Below are positions 1-13,897 of a stretch of 64,000 nucleotides of DNA, one piece after another. How positions within the stretch are numbered: the first letter of the stretch is position 1; each line of letters begins with the position of its first letter. Source of the stretch: Lama glama. Lineage: Eukaryota. The translations under genes and the position numbers were made by a program. The DNA is taken from assembly GCA_028534125.1 (NCBI GenBank), contig CM052817.1, positions 57,538,001-57,602,000 on the forward strand, in the 5' to 3' direction. The notes under the pieces are model-generated. The model worked only from the letters and a program-made list of their open reading frames with translations. It was not told where the DNA came from and ran no database searches.

Positions 1-2315
1 GTACTATAATTATATAAAATATTGTTACTGGAGGAAAGTGGAAGATGGGGGATACTGGATTCCACTGTACTATTTTTGCAACTTCCTGTGAATTTATAAT
101 TATTTTAAATTGAAAAGTTTAAAGAATTAATTTCACTTGTTTTTTTTAAAAACTTCTTTGTTATGACTGCTAGAAAAATTGTAACTACATATATGGCTTG
201 TACTATATTTTTATTTGACCAGTGCTTCCCTAGAATGTGATTTCCCCTTCATAGATCTACACAAGGGGCTGAGTGACCTCCTGCCCTGAAATGTCAGCCT
301 GACCTTCTATAATTGCAGTAAAAACAATACAAATCTGAGAAGTAGAGTGATAATAGGAGGGGAAATACAAGCTGAGTCAGACGCACCTGGGTGGAATCCT
401 GGCATTGCCACTTAGGGTCAGACCTCAAACAAGTCCCTTGACCTCTCTCAGCCTACATCTCTTAGTCCAGAGACTCAGAATGATATTGCCATCTGGTCAA
501 GACTAAGGTGAGGACAAAGTGGGGTCACAGATGGAGAAACCCCTGCAGAATGCCTGGCAGAGCACTCAGTAAATGTCAGTTGTTTGCCATTCTCTTCTAA
601 GTTTCTCAAGCCACATTAGGTTCAAGAAAGAAAAAGAGGAGGGAAGTGATCATTGGGCACCATCTTAGATGCAGTCTGCCCTGCAGTGGAAGTACATTAT
701 TGCTTAGAGATGCTTTCAGGACTTAATTTCATTCACTGCTCATGATAATCCCGATAATGTAGATTATCACTGTCAATTATTAACCTTCCGAAAGACTGCC
801 AGGAAAATTTGCTGATTAAGCAAAGCTAAGTTTATTAGGGTACTACAGAGAGAGGGAACAGCACCTTAACAGAGTCTTAGTAATCAGAGGAGGATATTTA
901 TAGGGTTTAGGCCCAGATTGCATGACTCTAAGAAGGTCTGGCAAGGCAGGGAACTCACTGGGAATAGGCAGAGTTTATAGCATTGGTGAGCAAAGCAATG
1001 CGAGGGGCTTGAAACAAGTATTAATGAGCAAGTTGCTAATTTTGATAAGTAAACTATTTTATTTGGTCCATAGCATCATCTTCTAGGAGCAAGAATTTCA
1101 TAGAGCAAATAGCTAAATTTTAGCCTCATCCCAGAATTATTTAACCCAGGGACAAGAAAGAAAGCTAGTTTCAATTCTCACAGCAATTTTTAAATACACA
1201 TTAAATGATTAGATTAACAACTCACAGTACATCAATAAGAAAATATACTGTGCAGCCATTAAATATGGTAATTATTAAAAGTACTCAAAGATATGTCTAT
1301 ATTATATGTTTATGATATAATGTTAAGTGAAGAAATCAGAAGATGAAATATTAACTTACATGGCCATGACAATGGAAAAATATCTGAACATGTGGAAGAA
1401 AATATGTTTAGAAAATAATGCTAAAATATTGATGTGAAGAATGTCTCAAGATCCTATCAGGAAAGTGAACCCATTTCTAAGTATTTAAAACAGGAAATCT
1501 GAGGCAAAGGATTCTTTGTAGAAGTGATGTGATTGTTTAGAAGCCAAAAGGGCATCCAAAGAGTTAGAGAGACACAATAGGAGTTGGAACCACTGTGGCC
1601 TGTTTAGTAGAACGTGGAGTCATGGAGGAATTGGAGTGAAGGAGGACACCACTGTCCTTCCCAAAACATTTCCCAGGACAGCGGGAGAAGAAAAATACCT
1701 GACTTCTCCCTGACTTCTCCAGTGTATGCCAGTGTTTCCCATTAGCCAACCCAGGCAGCTGCTAGCTTACCAGAAGCCTAGGAAATAAAGCTGGCAAAGG
1801 CCAGGTGCCTTCAGATGTAGAGGAGCACAGGAGATCAGGGACTAGATCTGAGGCCCCAATGAGAACTTTTCACCTGCTTTGGAAATGTTTATTTGCTGGT
1901 GTTCCACTGCTTTTTCAGTTCTAGCAGGGGAAAAAATGTAGATAAATTAATAATCTTCATAAAGAAATCATACATAAGCAGTCTCATACACTGTAGGTTG
2001 CAGTATAAATCAGTATTACAGATTGGGAGGGTAATTTGGCTAGACTTTTGAAGACTTTATTGTGCATATCCTTTGTCCCAGCAACTCTGCTTCTAAGAAC
2101 TTACAGAAATATTTGCAAAATTTGCAAAAAAATATATATATATATAAGAATGGTAAATGCAGGGCTATTTGCAATCATAAATAACTGAATAGTCCTCAGG
2201 CCCATCAATAGGAACTGGTTTTAGATATAGTCATAGACACATAGTTTCTAAAAGGGACCAACTAGAACTGTATACTGCTATAAAAAGATATCTAAAGTAT
2301 CTTGTGCAATTTTTA

Positions 2316-2561
2316 TTTTTTTGTGTATATATTTTTATTGAAGTATAGTCAGTTTACAATGTTATGTCAATTTCTGGTGTGCAGCATAATACTTTACATG
2401 AACAGACATATTCCTTTTCATATTCTTTTTCACCATAGGTTACTACATACATGAACATTTATTTGTTTTCATATTTTTTTCACCATAAGTTACTATAAGA
2501 TATTAAATATATTTCCCCGTGCTATACAGTATGAACTTGTTGTTTGTCTATTTTATATCAG
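2316..2561 (-). mobile_element. 5'-truncated L1 3' end
   Basis: TTTTTATTGAAGTATAGT-type L1 terminus; TSD GCAATTTTTA at 2306-2315 / 2562-2571. Confidence 0.85.
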
Positions 2562-2827
2562 GCAATTTTTACAAAGTAGGTTTCAGAACAGATCATACAT
2601 ATGAGCCAGTTTTTAATTTTTTTAAAGGATATATTTTGGTATGAAAAAATGTCTGGAATAACTCAAACTACTTAAGGTGATTTGGGAAGTAGGTTGACAA
2701 GAGATTTCTGCTTCCAAATAATAATTTTAATGCTAATTGAATTTTTTATTATAATAAGTATTATTATTTTAAAAACCAAAACACACATGGTCAATCCAGC
2801 AAATGCCTTATACATTAGTTGGCCTAG

Positions 2828-3166
2828 GTAGGACTGTCTCAACTTTGGCACTGACATTTCAGGCTGGATAATTCTTCATTTTGGGGCACTGTCCTTACAT
2901 TCTAGGATGTTACCAGTATCCTGGCCTCTACCTTCCAGATGCTAGAAGCATCCCTCCCGCTTAGTTGTGACACTAGTTACTGGAAATGACTCCGAGTAAT
3001 ATGGTTGCCTTACACAGCAACACAATTACATTTTAATTTCAAATAAACAGCAAATAACTTTAATAAGTATGTCATATGTAAAATTTTTATGTTGTATCAT
3101 ATAATTTTATTTGATAATCTGGCTACTCTACCTGGGGTGCAAATTGCTCTGGTTGAGACCCACTGG
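2828..3166. mobile_element. MER20-like hAT element with a nested MER53-like element
   Basis: MER20-like body at about 2828-2975 and terminus CCTGGGG..GGTTGAGACCCACTG at about 3131-3165, separated by MER53-like sequence. Confidence 0.65.
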
Positions 3167-4132
3167 TCTTAGGTGTTGCACTGCTTCATTGCTTTGACTC
3201 TTCTGAAGAGCAGTCTTCCTACAGAATACTCCACTTCTTTGCCCCTCTCTTCATCATGAAATAGGCACAACCAGTGGGCTGATTGGGAGCCTATAAAAAC
3301 CCAAGAGATTTTCCTATTCCATCTCTTACACTGTCTGCCACCAAACAATAAATAGTATCTTCCAGAAAATCTCCTCATCCAAACTAAGCCCCACAATATT
3401 TTTCTGAAAGAATTCCTGGACCAGATAGTTTTGTGTAGAAAGTACAAATCATGTACTTCTGTTCTGCTATGATTATTTCTAAAGCAGATCAGTCACCCCT
3501 ACAAATACATTATGTTGACTTAATTCATAAATTTAGCATTTATTGTTACTATATTTTTAAAAAACCTTATAGAGTAGATTTTTCTCACTTCCCAAGAAAT
3601 CCTGAGTGTGCGAAAAGCTGAGAAATCATAACTAATAAATTAGTTACTTACACTCAAATATTTTTAAGAAGAAAAATATTAAATTATTACATAGATAGAT
3701 AGATGTGGGTGCATTTGAAGATGATTGGTAGGTAGCGTCTTGAAAAGCAAGAATGTGTGAGGCCTAGAAGTCCTAGGCAGTTCTTGCCCAGAATTTCTAA
3801 GGAGAGACATAGATTGTTTACATATGCTGGGGAAAAAGAATTAAAAAAAAAATCCCTAAAATTGATTTGGGGAGGTTACTATATTAAACTTACATCATCT
3901 CATTCTAAAAGGATCCCCCAAATTGGATGAAGGGTGGGAGACACTTTAATTTCCTATTTTGTATGCTCCCAAAATGTTCCAACTCTTTGAAAGTACAAAG
4001 GGATGTGTAGTTTTATAATTTAGAAAATAAGAATTTTTAAAGTATTTTTAATTATGGCACATCTTACAATACTATGTTTGGGGGAGTGAAAATTGTTACA
4101 ACATTTTTGGAGAATGAGTTGGCATTGTCATA

Positions 4133-4134
<2 letters not shown>

Positions 4135-4177
<43 letters not shown>
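4135..4177 (+). repeat. (AC)21 microsatellite
   Basis: Read directly from the sequence. Confidence 0.98.
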
Positions 4178-4180
<3 letters not shown>

Positions 4181-5087
4181 GGCTTTTGACCCAACAACAC
4201 CTCCCAGTGTATAGATATATGTAAGAATGTTCAGTCCAGTGTTTTTAATAAAATTAGTGGTCAAACTATCAACCAGGATTATTTTGTGGAATGGGCTTAT
4301 AGGATGTACTTTCACTTTCTACAATGTGCATTTCTATATTATGCAACTTATAATGTTACATTTAAATGATAGGGCTCAGATTTGTTTATGAACTGCTTCA
4401 TTCACTCAACAATTATTTGGTATTTACAATGTGTGAGCTGTACTCCTTTGAATCTTCCCTCCTCACTGACGTTAAGAGTGGGGTGAAAAAAAAATTTTAA
4501 AGGAGAGAAAATAAGGAGATGACTGACTGAATGTTTTCTAGGACCAAGGAATCTATGTGGTGCAGAAAGACTGGGTAAGATAAAATAGATAGATAAAATA
4601 GAGGGTACTATTTGAAGAGATCCTTGATCACTGTCTTCAGGAAGGCCTGCCACACCAGCTACTCTGGAAATGAAACTAGTATCTAAAGTTAATTCCTTTA
4701 ACTGTCAACCACCAACCTCCAAGACCCAGAGATTTCAGACTGAAGATCAGTAGGATTACTTCTCCACTCATCCATCTTCCATATAATTGTTTTAGTGAAT
4801 ATAAACTGTTACCTTTGCTTTCTATATTTGGAAGCTATTAAATGAGTAACAATTCCCGGCTTAAATAAAACAAACTCAGAACTCCTTCAAGTTTATTTTC
4901 AACATGTAGTATAAATCATAAATAGACAATTATGTGGTCACCCTTAGTGGTTTTTGCAGACAGCTGTGATGACATTGATTACTCAATTTCAAGGAAGAGT
5001 TAAGAAAAAATAACATTCAGTGATCAGGGAATGTGGGACCAACACTGACTCACTTTGTTCTCACAACAACCCCTTTATAAGAAGTAT

Positions 5088-5504
5088 TGATAAAGATAAT
5101 TGGTATATGGGGACCCAGAAAATGGAGGCCACCCCCGCGGCCCAGCCCAGGCCACAAATCTAAACATAAGTCAGCCTGCATGTACAGGAAATGCCTCACT
5201 GTCAAGGAAACCTAACACACACCAATAAATATTCCAACTCAGCTTTAGCTAGCTCACCTTACCCTGGAAAATAGGACCTGCTAGGCTTATAAAGGAACCC
5301 ACCCCACCTCCGACCTCTTAGCCAAACATGCCCTTTTTCCTGTTGCCTGTTCTAAGCTCTGTAAAAAACTCACTTTGTCCAAAGTCCTGCAGGAAGAGTG
5401 CTTTTCTGCTTGTGAGGCACTGTACTCCCAATCCATGGATTGTTTTCCTTTGAATAGAGGACATCAAACTCATTGTTAGCTTGCATTATTTTTGTCATTT
5501 GACC
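5088..5504 (+). mobile_element. Solo LTR (ERV1-like) inserted in a MIR
   Basis: Starts TGATAAAG and ends TTTGTCATTTGAC; MIR-like sequence lies on both sides. Confidence 0.65.
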
Positions 5505-6727
5505 TTATAGACTTCCACTTTACGGAAGATTCAAAGAGACCTTACGTGTCTTGCCCCAGGCAAGTGTCATGGAGTCCAGCAATCTAGCATTATCTCTGAC
5601 TATGGCAATCAGTCCAAATACCATTCAGCTGAGTCTCCCAGGCTGGGACCCAGAGGGCGCCATATGAGTATGGGAGCCTCGGGAAACTCTGGAATGGTTT
5701 CCATTGCTAAACTCAAGGCCTTGAATTTGCACCTATGCCCCAGTTTTAAAGCACTGCTTCTTAGAAAACTGCTTCTTAGAACATTTTCAAATGTACAAAG
5801 TAGAGATAATAGTATAATTAAGTTCTTATAACCATAATTTAGTAAAGCACTGTTTTTTAAAAAAATTCACAAACTTGCTGAGGCAAATAAGGAGGTCTAT
5901 GAAAAAAGGCAGAACGTGAGAAATGCACACTTGATTTGTAGTTCCAGCTCTGCTATGAATAAGCTGTGTAGCATTAAATAATTCATGGTGCTGCTCTGGG
6001 ACTTGGTTTCCTTGTTGTCTGAGACATAAAACTTGGAAACTGGAAGGGATTTTTGGAGACTTCCAAGGCCTTACGTCTTATAATTTGATTCTAAATTCTG
6101 TCATTCAGTCTAGCTACACCAGTTAAGCCACTAGTACCTCTAGTCATGGCTGATGCCTGTTTGCCCATTCCTGCTCCTCTACATTCCATTCTTCATCCAG
6201 AGGCCTTAAAAAGTCAACTTAAAAAAAAAGTCAACTTTAAAAAATGTAAATAAGATCACCTGAGCACTTTGTTCCTCTGCTAAAATCCCCTCAGTGCCTT
6301 CATATTTCTTTTAGGGCCATGTTTGAGCTGCTTAATAAGTCCTATAAGGAGCTGCCAGACCTGGGCTGCTACCTCTCCTCTCACCACACTGGCCATTTCC
6401 GGTCTCAGAAGACCTCCACATGCTGTTCCAACCACCTGGAAGGTTCTTCTGGGCCTCAGCACCTATGCCTGTCCCAACACAGACACACTCTACTCAGGCA
6501 ACTTGTTCTTATTCTTCAGGGATCTGCTAAAATGTCACATCCTCCAGGAAGCTTCATCTGAACGACAAATCCTAGTACGACTGTATGTGCTCTGTTAGCA
6601 CTTGATGCTTGGATGTTGTGGCCCTTAGCACCATTTATTTAACTATGCATGGCAGCCAATGATATCCATTAAAGATGTGCCTAATCCAGGCTGGACCAGG
6701 ATAGGCCTATTGGAGGAGAAGTGACAC

Positions 6728-7322
6728 TGTAAGCAGATAGGGTAGGAGGTCCACTGAAAAAGAGAACCAGGAATGGCTTTCTTGACATAAGAAAAACTAT
6801 TTTGGCCTAAGCCATTTTGTGATGTAAGCCTGGCCACAATGATTGCCCTTGAACAGGTCTCAGTAATTAATGATCTTAAGGGAAATGAGGGAAGGCAGGA
6901 ACAAAGGAAAAGTAGTCAAGAAGAAGCAGTTCAGCAATGAAACACAGTCCTAGTGCCTCCTCAAGGGCTCTACATAACAGTCTGATACGTATCTTTGAGT
7001 TCTGCAGGAACCAGACCCCACAGGTGGAGGATGGAATGATGTTGACCTTTTCTGACCCTCAGTGACTTCAATCAACTAAAGCTTGGATCTTTGCCCCAAT
7101 TCTATGCTGAATTCTCCTCTGCTCAAGCCCCTTCATGAGTATGCATATATTCTTAGCTTAAAACTTCCCTAATTTTGCTGTTTGGGGAGACACTCCTTTG
7201 GGAAGGATCCCTGGCTTTCTTACTTGCTGCAAATAATAAATCTGTACCTCTCCCAGTCTTTGGCTTGGTCGTGTCTTTTGGGTCAACATCCACCAAGAGG
7301 CAAACCCAGTTTTTGAGTAACG
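6728..7322 (+). mobile_element. Solo LTR (ERV1, MER41-like)
   Basis: Termini TGTAAG...GTAAC, AATAAA near 7235, typical U5 composition. Confidence 0.7.
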
Positions 7323-9282
7323 ACTTTGTGGAGGAAATCCATTCAATGTGCTGTTGGAAGGGTTTCACAGAGGGAGGGAAACTGTCTCAGTGACTTTTTA
7401 GGAATATTCAGATGCTGACATTCCCATTTGATATTATGCCAGAATAACTTGGCCTGTGGTCAGGTACCATCCATCTTATCCCATTCCTTGAATGGGTGGT
7501 GAGCCGAGTAACTATTGGTCAGTCCCAAGTTAAGCTCGGTTAATAAATGAGTAGGAACTGGTAAGCCGCTCCTCTTTTTTTTTTTTTTTTAAGGAAGAAA
7601 GTGGGAATTGCAACTAAGGAGGTAGACTGTTCCTTAATTTAAGCTGCAAAACTGAAGCATAACCTTTTTTTTTTTCTTTTAAGAATAATCATGAATATTT
7701 TCCAGGTCATCTTGATCTTGGAGTCCAAATAAAATGAGTCATTTACACCTAGAGATAAATTTTAGCCCAATCATTGACAATCATTATTTTATGGTAGTCC
7801 TGTAATTTAGTTTTATTTTATTGATTTTTATAAATATGAATTTAAATACTAAAGTATTGCATAATTTATAAATATTAGATTCTGTATTTTTTTGTGATTC
7901 ACAACTAATCAGAAGCAAACTTGTAGAAAATAAGTATTTCAGAAATCTACAATTTGAAAACTAAAATCATGTATATCACTCATACTCAAGAATTAATGTT
8001 AATAGTTATATAGTTAAAGCTTTTTTCTAACCATATACAATATACTTATGAAACACGTTTTTAAACTAAAATTATTACATACTGTCCTGAAATTTTTCCT
8101 TTAATATCTTGAACCTGTCATTATATGCAGATCTGCCTAGGTCTTTTTAATAATTTTCCAGAATTCTATTTATTAAAATTTTAAAGTATTACAAAACCAA
8201 AATTAAATATTTGCACACTGAAATTGTCTTCTCTATGTTGTAGAAATGAAATACATTTATATATCATGTTAACTGGTTTGTGTCTCCTAGGCATATTCCA
8301 GTAAAATTTGCTCAGACATAAAACCCACCAAATCCGTTTACGTGTCAAACTGATTTTCTTGGAAGCAAATTCTCCAAAGTAGGGTTCTAGGAGGATAGAA
8401 AAAGTCAGTATGGAAGAAATAAAGAGGGTGTTTCACAAACCTGTTTATTTGATGCATTTATGACGTGTAGTTTGAGAAATACAATAAATTTTCCCCCCAT
8501 TTACAGGAGAAAGGTCTTTAACTGAAGATAAGGGTTTTGGTAGAATAGATAAACTAAAGAACATTGGTTTGCACATGCCTTCAGAGTGACTTCTAAGACT
8601 CCACTAGAATTGGTTTAATCCAGAGAAGAATTCCATCCCCACCTCCTGCTTTATATTACAGGGAAAAACCTGTTTGAAAGAATCATATTTTCTTTACAGA
8701 TTGACATATTTTGCTGAAATTTCTTTATTGTTTAGGAGTTTTTCTTTAAAAGTTACAGCAGTTTGGATTCTAGTTTCTCTGCCAGGAGAAACAATAGGGC
8801 TTAAAAGCAGGAGCAGGAGAATGACCAGATCTGATTCTGTTTGTAAAAGGTCACTTTGTGGAAAATAAAAAAGTTAAATAAAAATGAGTAAATAAAAACA
8901 AAAAGTCACTTTGGTGGATTTGAGGGAATGGATTACAGGGAAGAGTAGCAGCCTAAGTGAGGTTTTATAAACAGTGCCCGAAGGTCAAGTTATTTCTTGC
9001 TCAGAAGCCTTCATCTCAGTAAAACCAAAGGCTCTTCAGTGCTCAGTCCCCTTTCCCATCTTCTTTCCTCCAGCATCTCCCACCCAGTCCTTAGGGGCTT
9101 AACTAGGGCAGGAGTTTTAGTGTTTTATTCATTACTATAGGGCCAGTACTTAGCAGGGCTTCCTGTGACCATGCTGATACTACTGTTTATTGAGTGAATG
9201 GTTCTTTGGTTTTAGGATAAATTAAAAAATTCTTAACCTGGTAACAAAGCCCTATCTGGGGTCCACTGTCACAGCCTCATTT

Positions 9283-9926
9283 TGAGACAGGAGGAAAGGG
9301 GGCAGGGCACAACTATTAAAACAAATGACACAACAGTTAGCACAAAGATAGGGGAAGATTTAACTCCCAGTATACCCTGAGGCCCGATGTGTGGGAGATT
9401 CAACTTGCAGTAGATCTTGAGCTTCATTATATGCTCATTGTAATACATGGTAAATGGCACTCCCATTGCAACAGGACGGTTCTGAGGCTAACCATAAAAG
9501 GTTAAAAACTGGGCAGTGGCCCAGTTCCTAGGAATCCCAGCCCCTTCTCCAAATTATTTGGAATAATCCTCCCACTTGTTAGCATACAAAGTTAGCCCAT
9601 AAAAACTAGCAACAACGCACCCCAAGGGCTCTCCCTCTCTTGCCTTTGGAGATGGACTGCACTTAGTCTATGGAGTATCTACTTTTACTTTAAACTAACC
9701 ACCTGCCTCCACCATGCCTTGTGGCTTCTCTGGCCTTCTGAAACAGTCTGCTCTCTGTCTATGGAGTATGTATTTCTCTGAAAAAGTCTACTTTCACTCC
9801 ACTAGGCTCGCTCTTGAATTCTTTTCTGTGCGAAGCCAAGGACCTTCATTTGGCAGGGAATGTCCCAGGGACTCACCCGAGATCTGGGACATGACCATCC
9901 TCTTCCACTCCATTTTTCCTATATCA
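9283..9926 (+). mobile_element. Solo LTR (family X)
   Basis: Termini TGAGACAGG...TATCA, CATAAAAA at 9598-9605, flanks ATTT/ATCT. Homologous to 30660-31292. Confidence 0.85.
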
Positions 9927-11088
9927 ATCTAATCTTTGCCCAGGGTTCCTGCTGTGGTCATGCTGAACTTGCTTTAACTTTCTCAGTCTTAGAATTCCCT
10001 GTGACCTCTGCCTAGGAGGATATTGATGTCCTCTTTTCTTGGCCAACTTCTTATCAAACTGCAAGTCTCAGCTTTTATGTGATTTCACAGGAAACTTTCT
10101 TAACACCTTTAGAGACTCTAAGAACAAATGCCTAGTTTTTTGCCTTTTCAGTGTTTATAATAAATGATTTTTGTTTTATTTACAGTAAAAGCATTTAAAG
10201 TTTTTTTGAGACTTTACTTTTTTAGAACAGTTTTAGATTTACAAAAAAATTGAGCAAATAGTACAAAGTCCCGTATACTTTCAGCCCAACATAGTTCCCC
10301 TATTATCTTATATTAAAATAGCTCATTTGTTATAGTTAATGAACCAATATGCGGTTGTTACTTAAAATACATTAATATTAACTAAATTCCATAGTTTATT
10401 CAGATTTCCTTAGTCTTTACCTAATGTACTTTTTCTGTCCCATAGTCCCATTCAGGACACCACATTACAGTTAGTTGCTATCATGTCTCCTCAGGCTATG
10501 ACAGCTTCTCAAACTTTCCTTATTTTTGATGATCTTCACAGTTTTGAGGATTCCTGGTCAGGTACATTATCAGACATTATGTTTTTAAGGAAACTTTTTA
10601 TGTAAGTGTAATTTCTTAATAGCAATTTAATTTTCTTTGTGCAATTAGTCTTATCCATTATACTATAATCTCCATGAAGTTTGGGTCATGTCTGACTTAC
10701 TCATAACTGTATCCTAGTGGTTAATATACAGCAGACACTCAAAATAAATTGCTGAATGAAGACATGATTAACTCATGAAACAACATTCCTCCAGCAGGTG
10801 TCACTGGAAATTCCCTCTCAGGAATTCTCCTCAGGGCTAAGTATGGCCTTCATAGTATATCAGTACAAATCCATTCCTTCTAGTTTTTCACTTTCCTTCG
10901 TTCCATTATGTTTTCCGTATTATTTTACTTTATATTAGGTCTCCTTTGTCTCAACTTCTTTAGCTTTCATTTTCACCTATATGTGGCCTCATTACAGCTA
11001 ATCCTTATTGAGCATTGTAGAGCCTATTCAAGGAGTTGTAACTATAGCAATGTATTAAGAAAGAAAACCTCTTTTTAAAAGGCTTACA

Positions 11089-11216
11089 GCGGGGAAGGTA
11101 TAGCTCAGCGGTAGAGTGTGTGCTTAGTATGTGTGAGGTCCTGGGTTCAATCCTCAGTTCCTCCATTAAAATAAATTTAAAAAAATTAAAAATAAACCTA
11201 ATTACCACCCCTCAAA
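11089..11216 (+). mobile_element. tRNA-derived SINE (camelid Vic-1-like)
   Basis: A box TAGCTCAGCGG, B box GGTTCAATCC, A-rich tail, and an imperfect TSD AAAAGGCTTACA / AAAGAGGTTTACA. Confidence 0.88.
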
Positions 11217-12169
11217 AAAGAGGTTTACATTCTACTTGAGGAGACTGGACATATACATAAAAATAACTATCACTAAATAAAACATTGGGTAAAATGGCAA
11301 ATGAATCATTTAAACCTGAAGTATTTACTAGGTCTCTGAGGACAGAAAACTCAATGGGACCCAAGAGATTAGGCTTTGAAAAATATCCAGAAACAAGGCT
11401 TAACCTTCAGAATTCTAAGAGTACTTGATCCTGGTAATGGATATTCCATTGTTATCACCTAGAGCCTAGAAATCTCTATAGCACACCTCCTAAAGAAAAG
11501 ATATATGTGTCAATGGAGTATGGTAGAAGGAATATATGCTTTGGAATCAAAATCCTAGCTCTGTCCATTATAAACTGTGTGCTCAAGAAAAAAGTGTGTG
11601 AAGATTCTGACACTTGTTAGGAAAAATTATCTAAAACATGGAAATAAGGCAAAAAGAAGACTGTGTTATCTTTTCAATGTTATACTTTAGTTCTGTCTTA
11701 ACAGACCCACCCAAGGATGATTTAAATCTCCAGGGAAATGACCACTTCTGCTATGCTGCTTTGCATTGATTAGGCACGGACTTTATCAAATTACACGTTA
11801 ACTTGTAGAGTTTTGTTTGGTAGAGAGGTAACTGGTTCCTCTCCAGTAGAAAAGATACTGCCAAATGGTTATAGTCTTATTGCCCTGTAGGACGTTAACT
11901 AGTTGGTTCTATTACCTAACAACTTTATTTAGCATGTCCTTCCTGGCAGACTTTACAAGTCTCTATTTTTCAAACGGTCAGCTTTACCATTTGCCTGTTT
12001 CCTTACCTAAACAAATCTTTTACACACATACACATTTCTCTGGGAGCCATACTTTAACTTTGGACAAATAACTAATAAATATCCTCTTTGTATTCAGTGT
12101 CATATGGGGGAAGATACTTCCTTTGGCAAAAGATTCACCCAGTCTCCACAGGTTATGGGGCTTATTTTT

Positions 12170-12740
12170 AGTTCTTATATGTTACAGTCAAGTTTAATTG
12201 TGAACACATGAGGTTTAAGATGCCCATGAAACATGACAGTGGAGGTATTAAGCAAGTTCTAAGAGTTCTAAGCTTAGGGTTCAGAGAAGAAGCATGTGCT
12301 GACAATGTAAATTTGGAAATTATTTGTATCATCAAGAAAGTATTTAAAGTCATGAGGATAAACAGGGAGGCATGAAGTAGTGGGAAAAAGACCAAGAGAA
12401 GAAATAAAGACAGATACAGAATAGTTGACATGATAAAATATCAAACTGGAACTCCAATAATTAAAGACCCATGGAGGATAAAGAGGTAGCAAAGGAGACT
12501 GGAGAGGGAACAGAGACATCAGAGAACAAAACAGTATAGTGTCAGGGAAACCAGAAGGCTGGGTCAAATGCTGCTGGGAGGCTGTGTCAGATAAGGTGTA
12601 GGGTGCATAGATATAGCAATACAGAAGACAGCCATGACTTTTAAAAGATCACTTTGGGTACAGTGATGAGGACAGACGCCTGGCTGGCTTTGTATGGGTT
12701 GTAGGGTGAATGGAAGTTGAAGATGTGAAGGCAGCACAAG
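12170..12740 (+). mobile_element. L2 fragment
   Basis: L2-like motifs such as GGTTTAAGATGCCCATGAAACAT and GGGTCAAATGCTGCTGGGAGG. Confidence 0.6.
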
Positions 12741-13744
12741 CAGAAAATGTATACAACAGATAAAACTGAGGCTTCTGGGAGAAGAGAGCTAGACTCTACA
12801 AATATTATCTACATTTCTAGCAGGATCCTGGTGATTTCACCAAAGTGAAATACAACAAGATTAGATGCTTGCTATCATATTGTGCTGTTACAGAATTATT
12901 AAGAGAAACACTTGAGGAAGCTTCTATTCAAGTAGTATGTGGGTTCTAGAGCCTGAATCTCTGGGCTCAAAGCCTAGCTGTTTCATTAACTAGCTCAGTG
13001 AACTTGAGCAATTCCTACAACTCTTGAGTCTCAATTTCTTCATGTATAAATGGAGATAGATAGCAGTACTTCCCAAGGCTGTTGTAGATATAATATTTTT
13101 AAAATACCTTTATTATGATATGATTTCTGAAAGTAAACTACACATATTTCAGATATACAATTTAATGAACTTTGATAGATGTATAAACCAATGAAACCAC
13201 CACCACAATCAAGATAGCTAACATTTCCATCACTCTCCATGAGTTAAAATTTTGAATTCCCAATATCCCTTCCCACCCCCTTTACCCCCTGGTAACCATA
13301 AGTTTGTTCTGTATGTCTGTGTAGAGATAACATCTTGAGTAAAGACTGTATCTGTTATTCTAGGCTTGATGAAATTCCTCAACTTGCACTTAACTGCCTT
13401 GAGGGAGGTGGGGAGACAAGGAGAGAGAAAGATTTGGCTAGGGCTGTTTGTTGCTGTTATCTGGATATTTTCCCAGCGGTGGCTTGTGTATTGTTAATAT
13501 GGACTTTGAGATTAAATTTTAGTGCTTACTTAGCAAGAAAGGAGTGATAGTAAACCAATCTAACCAAGTCCCTCCTTGTTTAAAACTCATCAATGTTTCT
13601 CCATAGTAAAGCCCTCAACAAATCCTGGTTTAAGATAGTTTCTATTCATATTCTTGTCATTCTTAAATATCCCCTTATGAAAATTCTTCCTCTATTAATC
13701 CATTTAGTTCCCACTTTTAAGATCTGAATTTTAAGAATTCTGTG

Positions 13745-13897
13745 ATCTGAAGTCTCAGAGTGTAGCCCATCCATTAGCAACACTGTCATCACCTGAGAGC
13801 TTTTGAAAGTGCAGAATCTGAAGCCTGACCCAGACCTACTGAATCAGAAATTGCATTTTGACAAGATGTCCATACATATTAAATTTAAGAAGCACTG
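13745..13897. mobile_element. MER5-like DNA transposon
   Basis: ATCACCTGAGAGCTT..GCAGAATCT..CCCAGACCTACTGAATCAGAAA..AGAAGCACTG. Confidence 0.75.

Noticed and set aside
11091..11163. tRNA-like sequence
   Set aside because: It is the head of a SINE with a tail and TSD, not a tRNA gene; the same applies at 34.5 kb and 36.2 kb.
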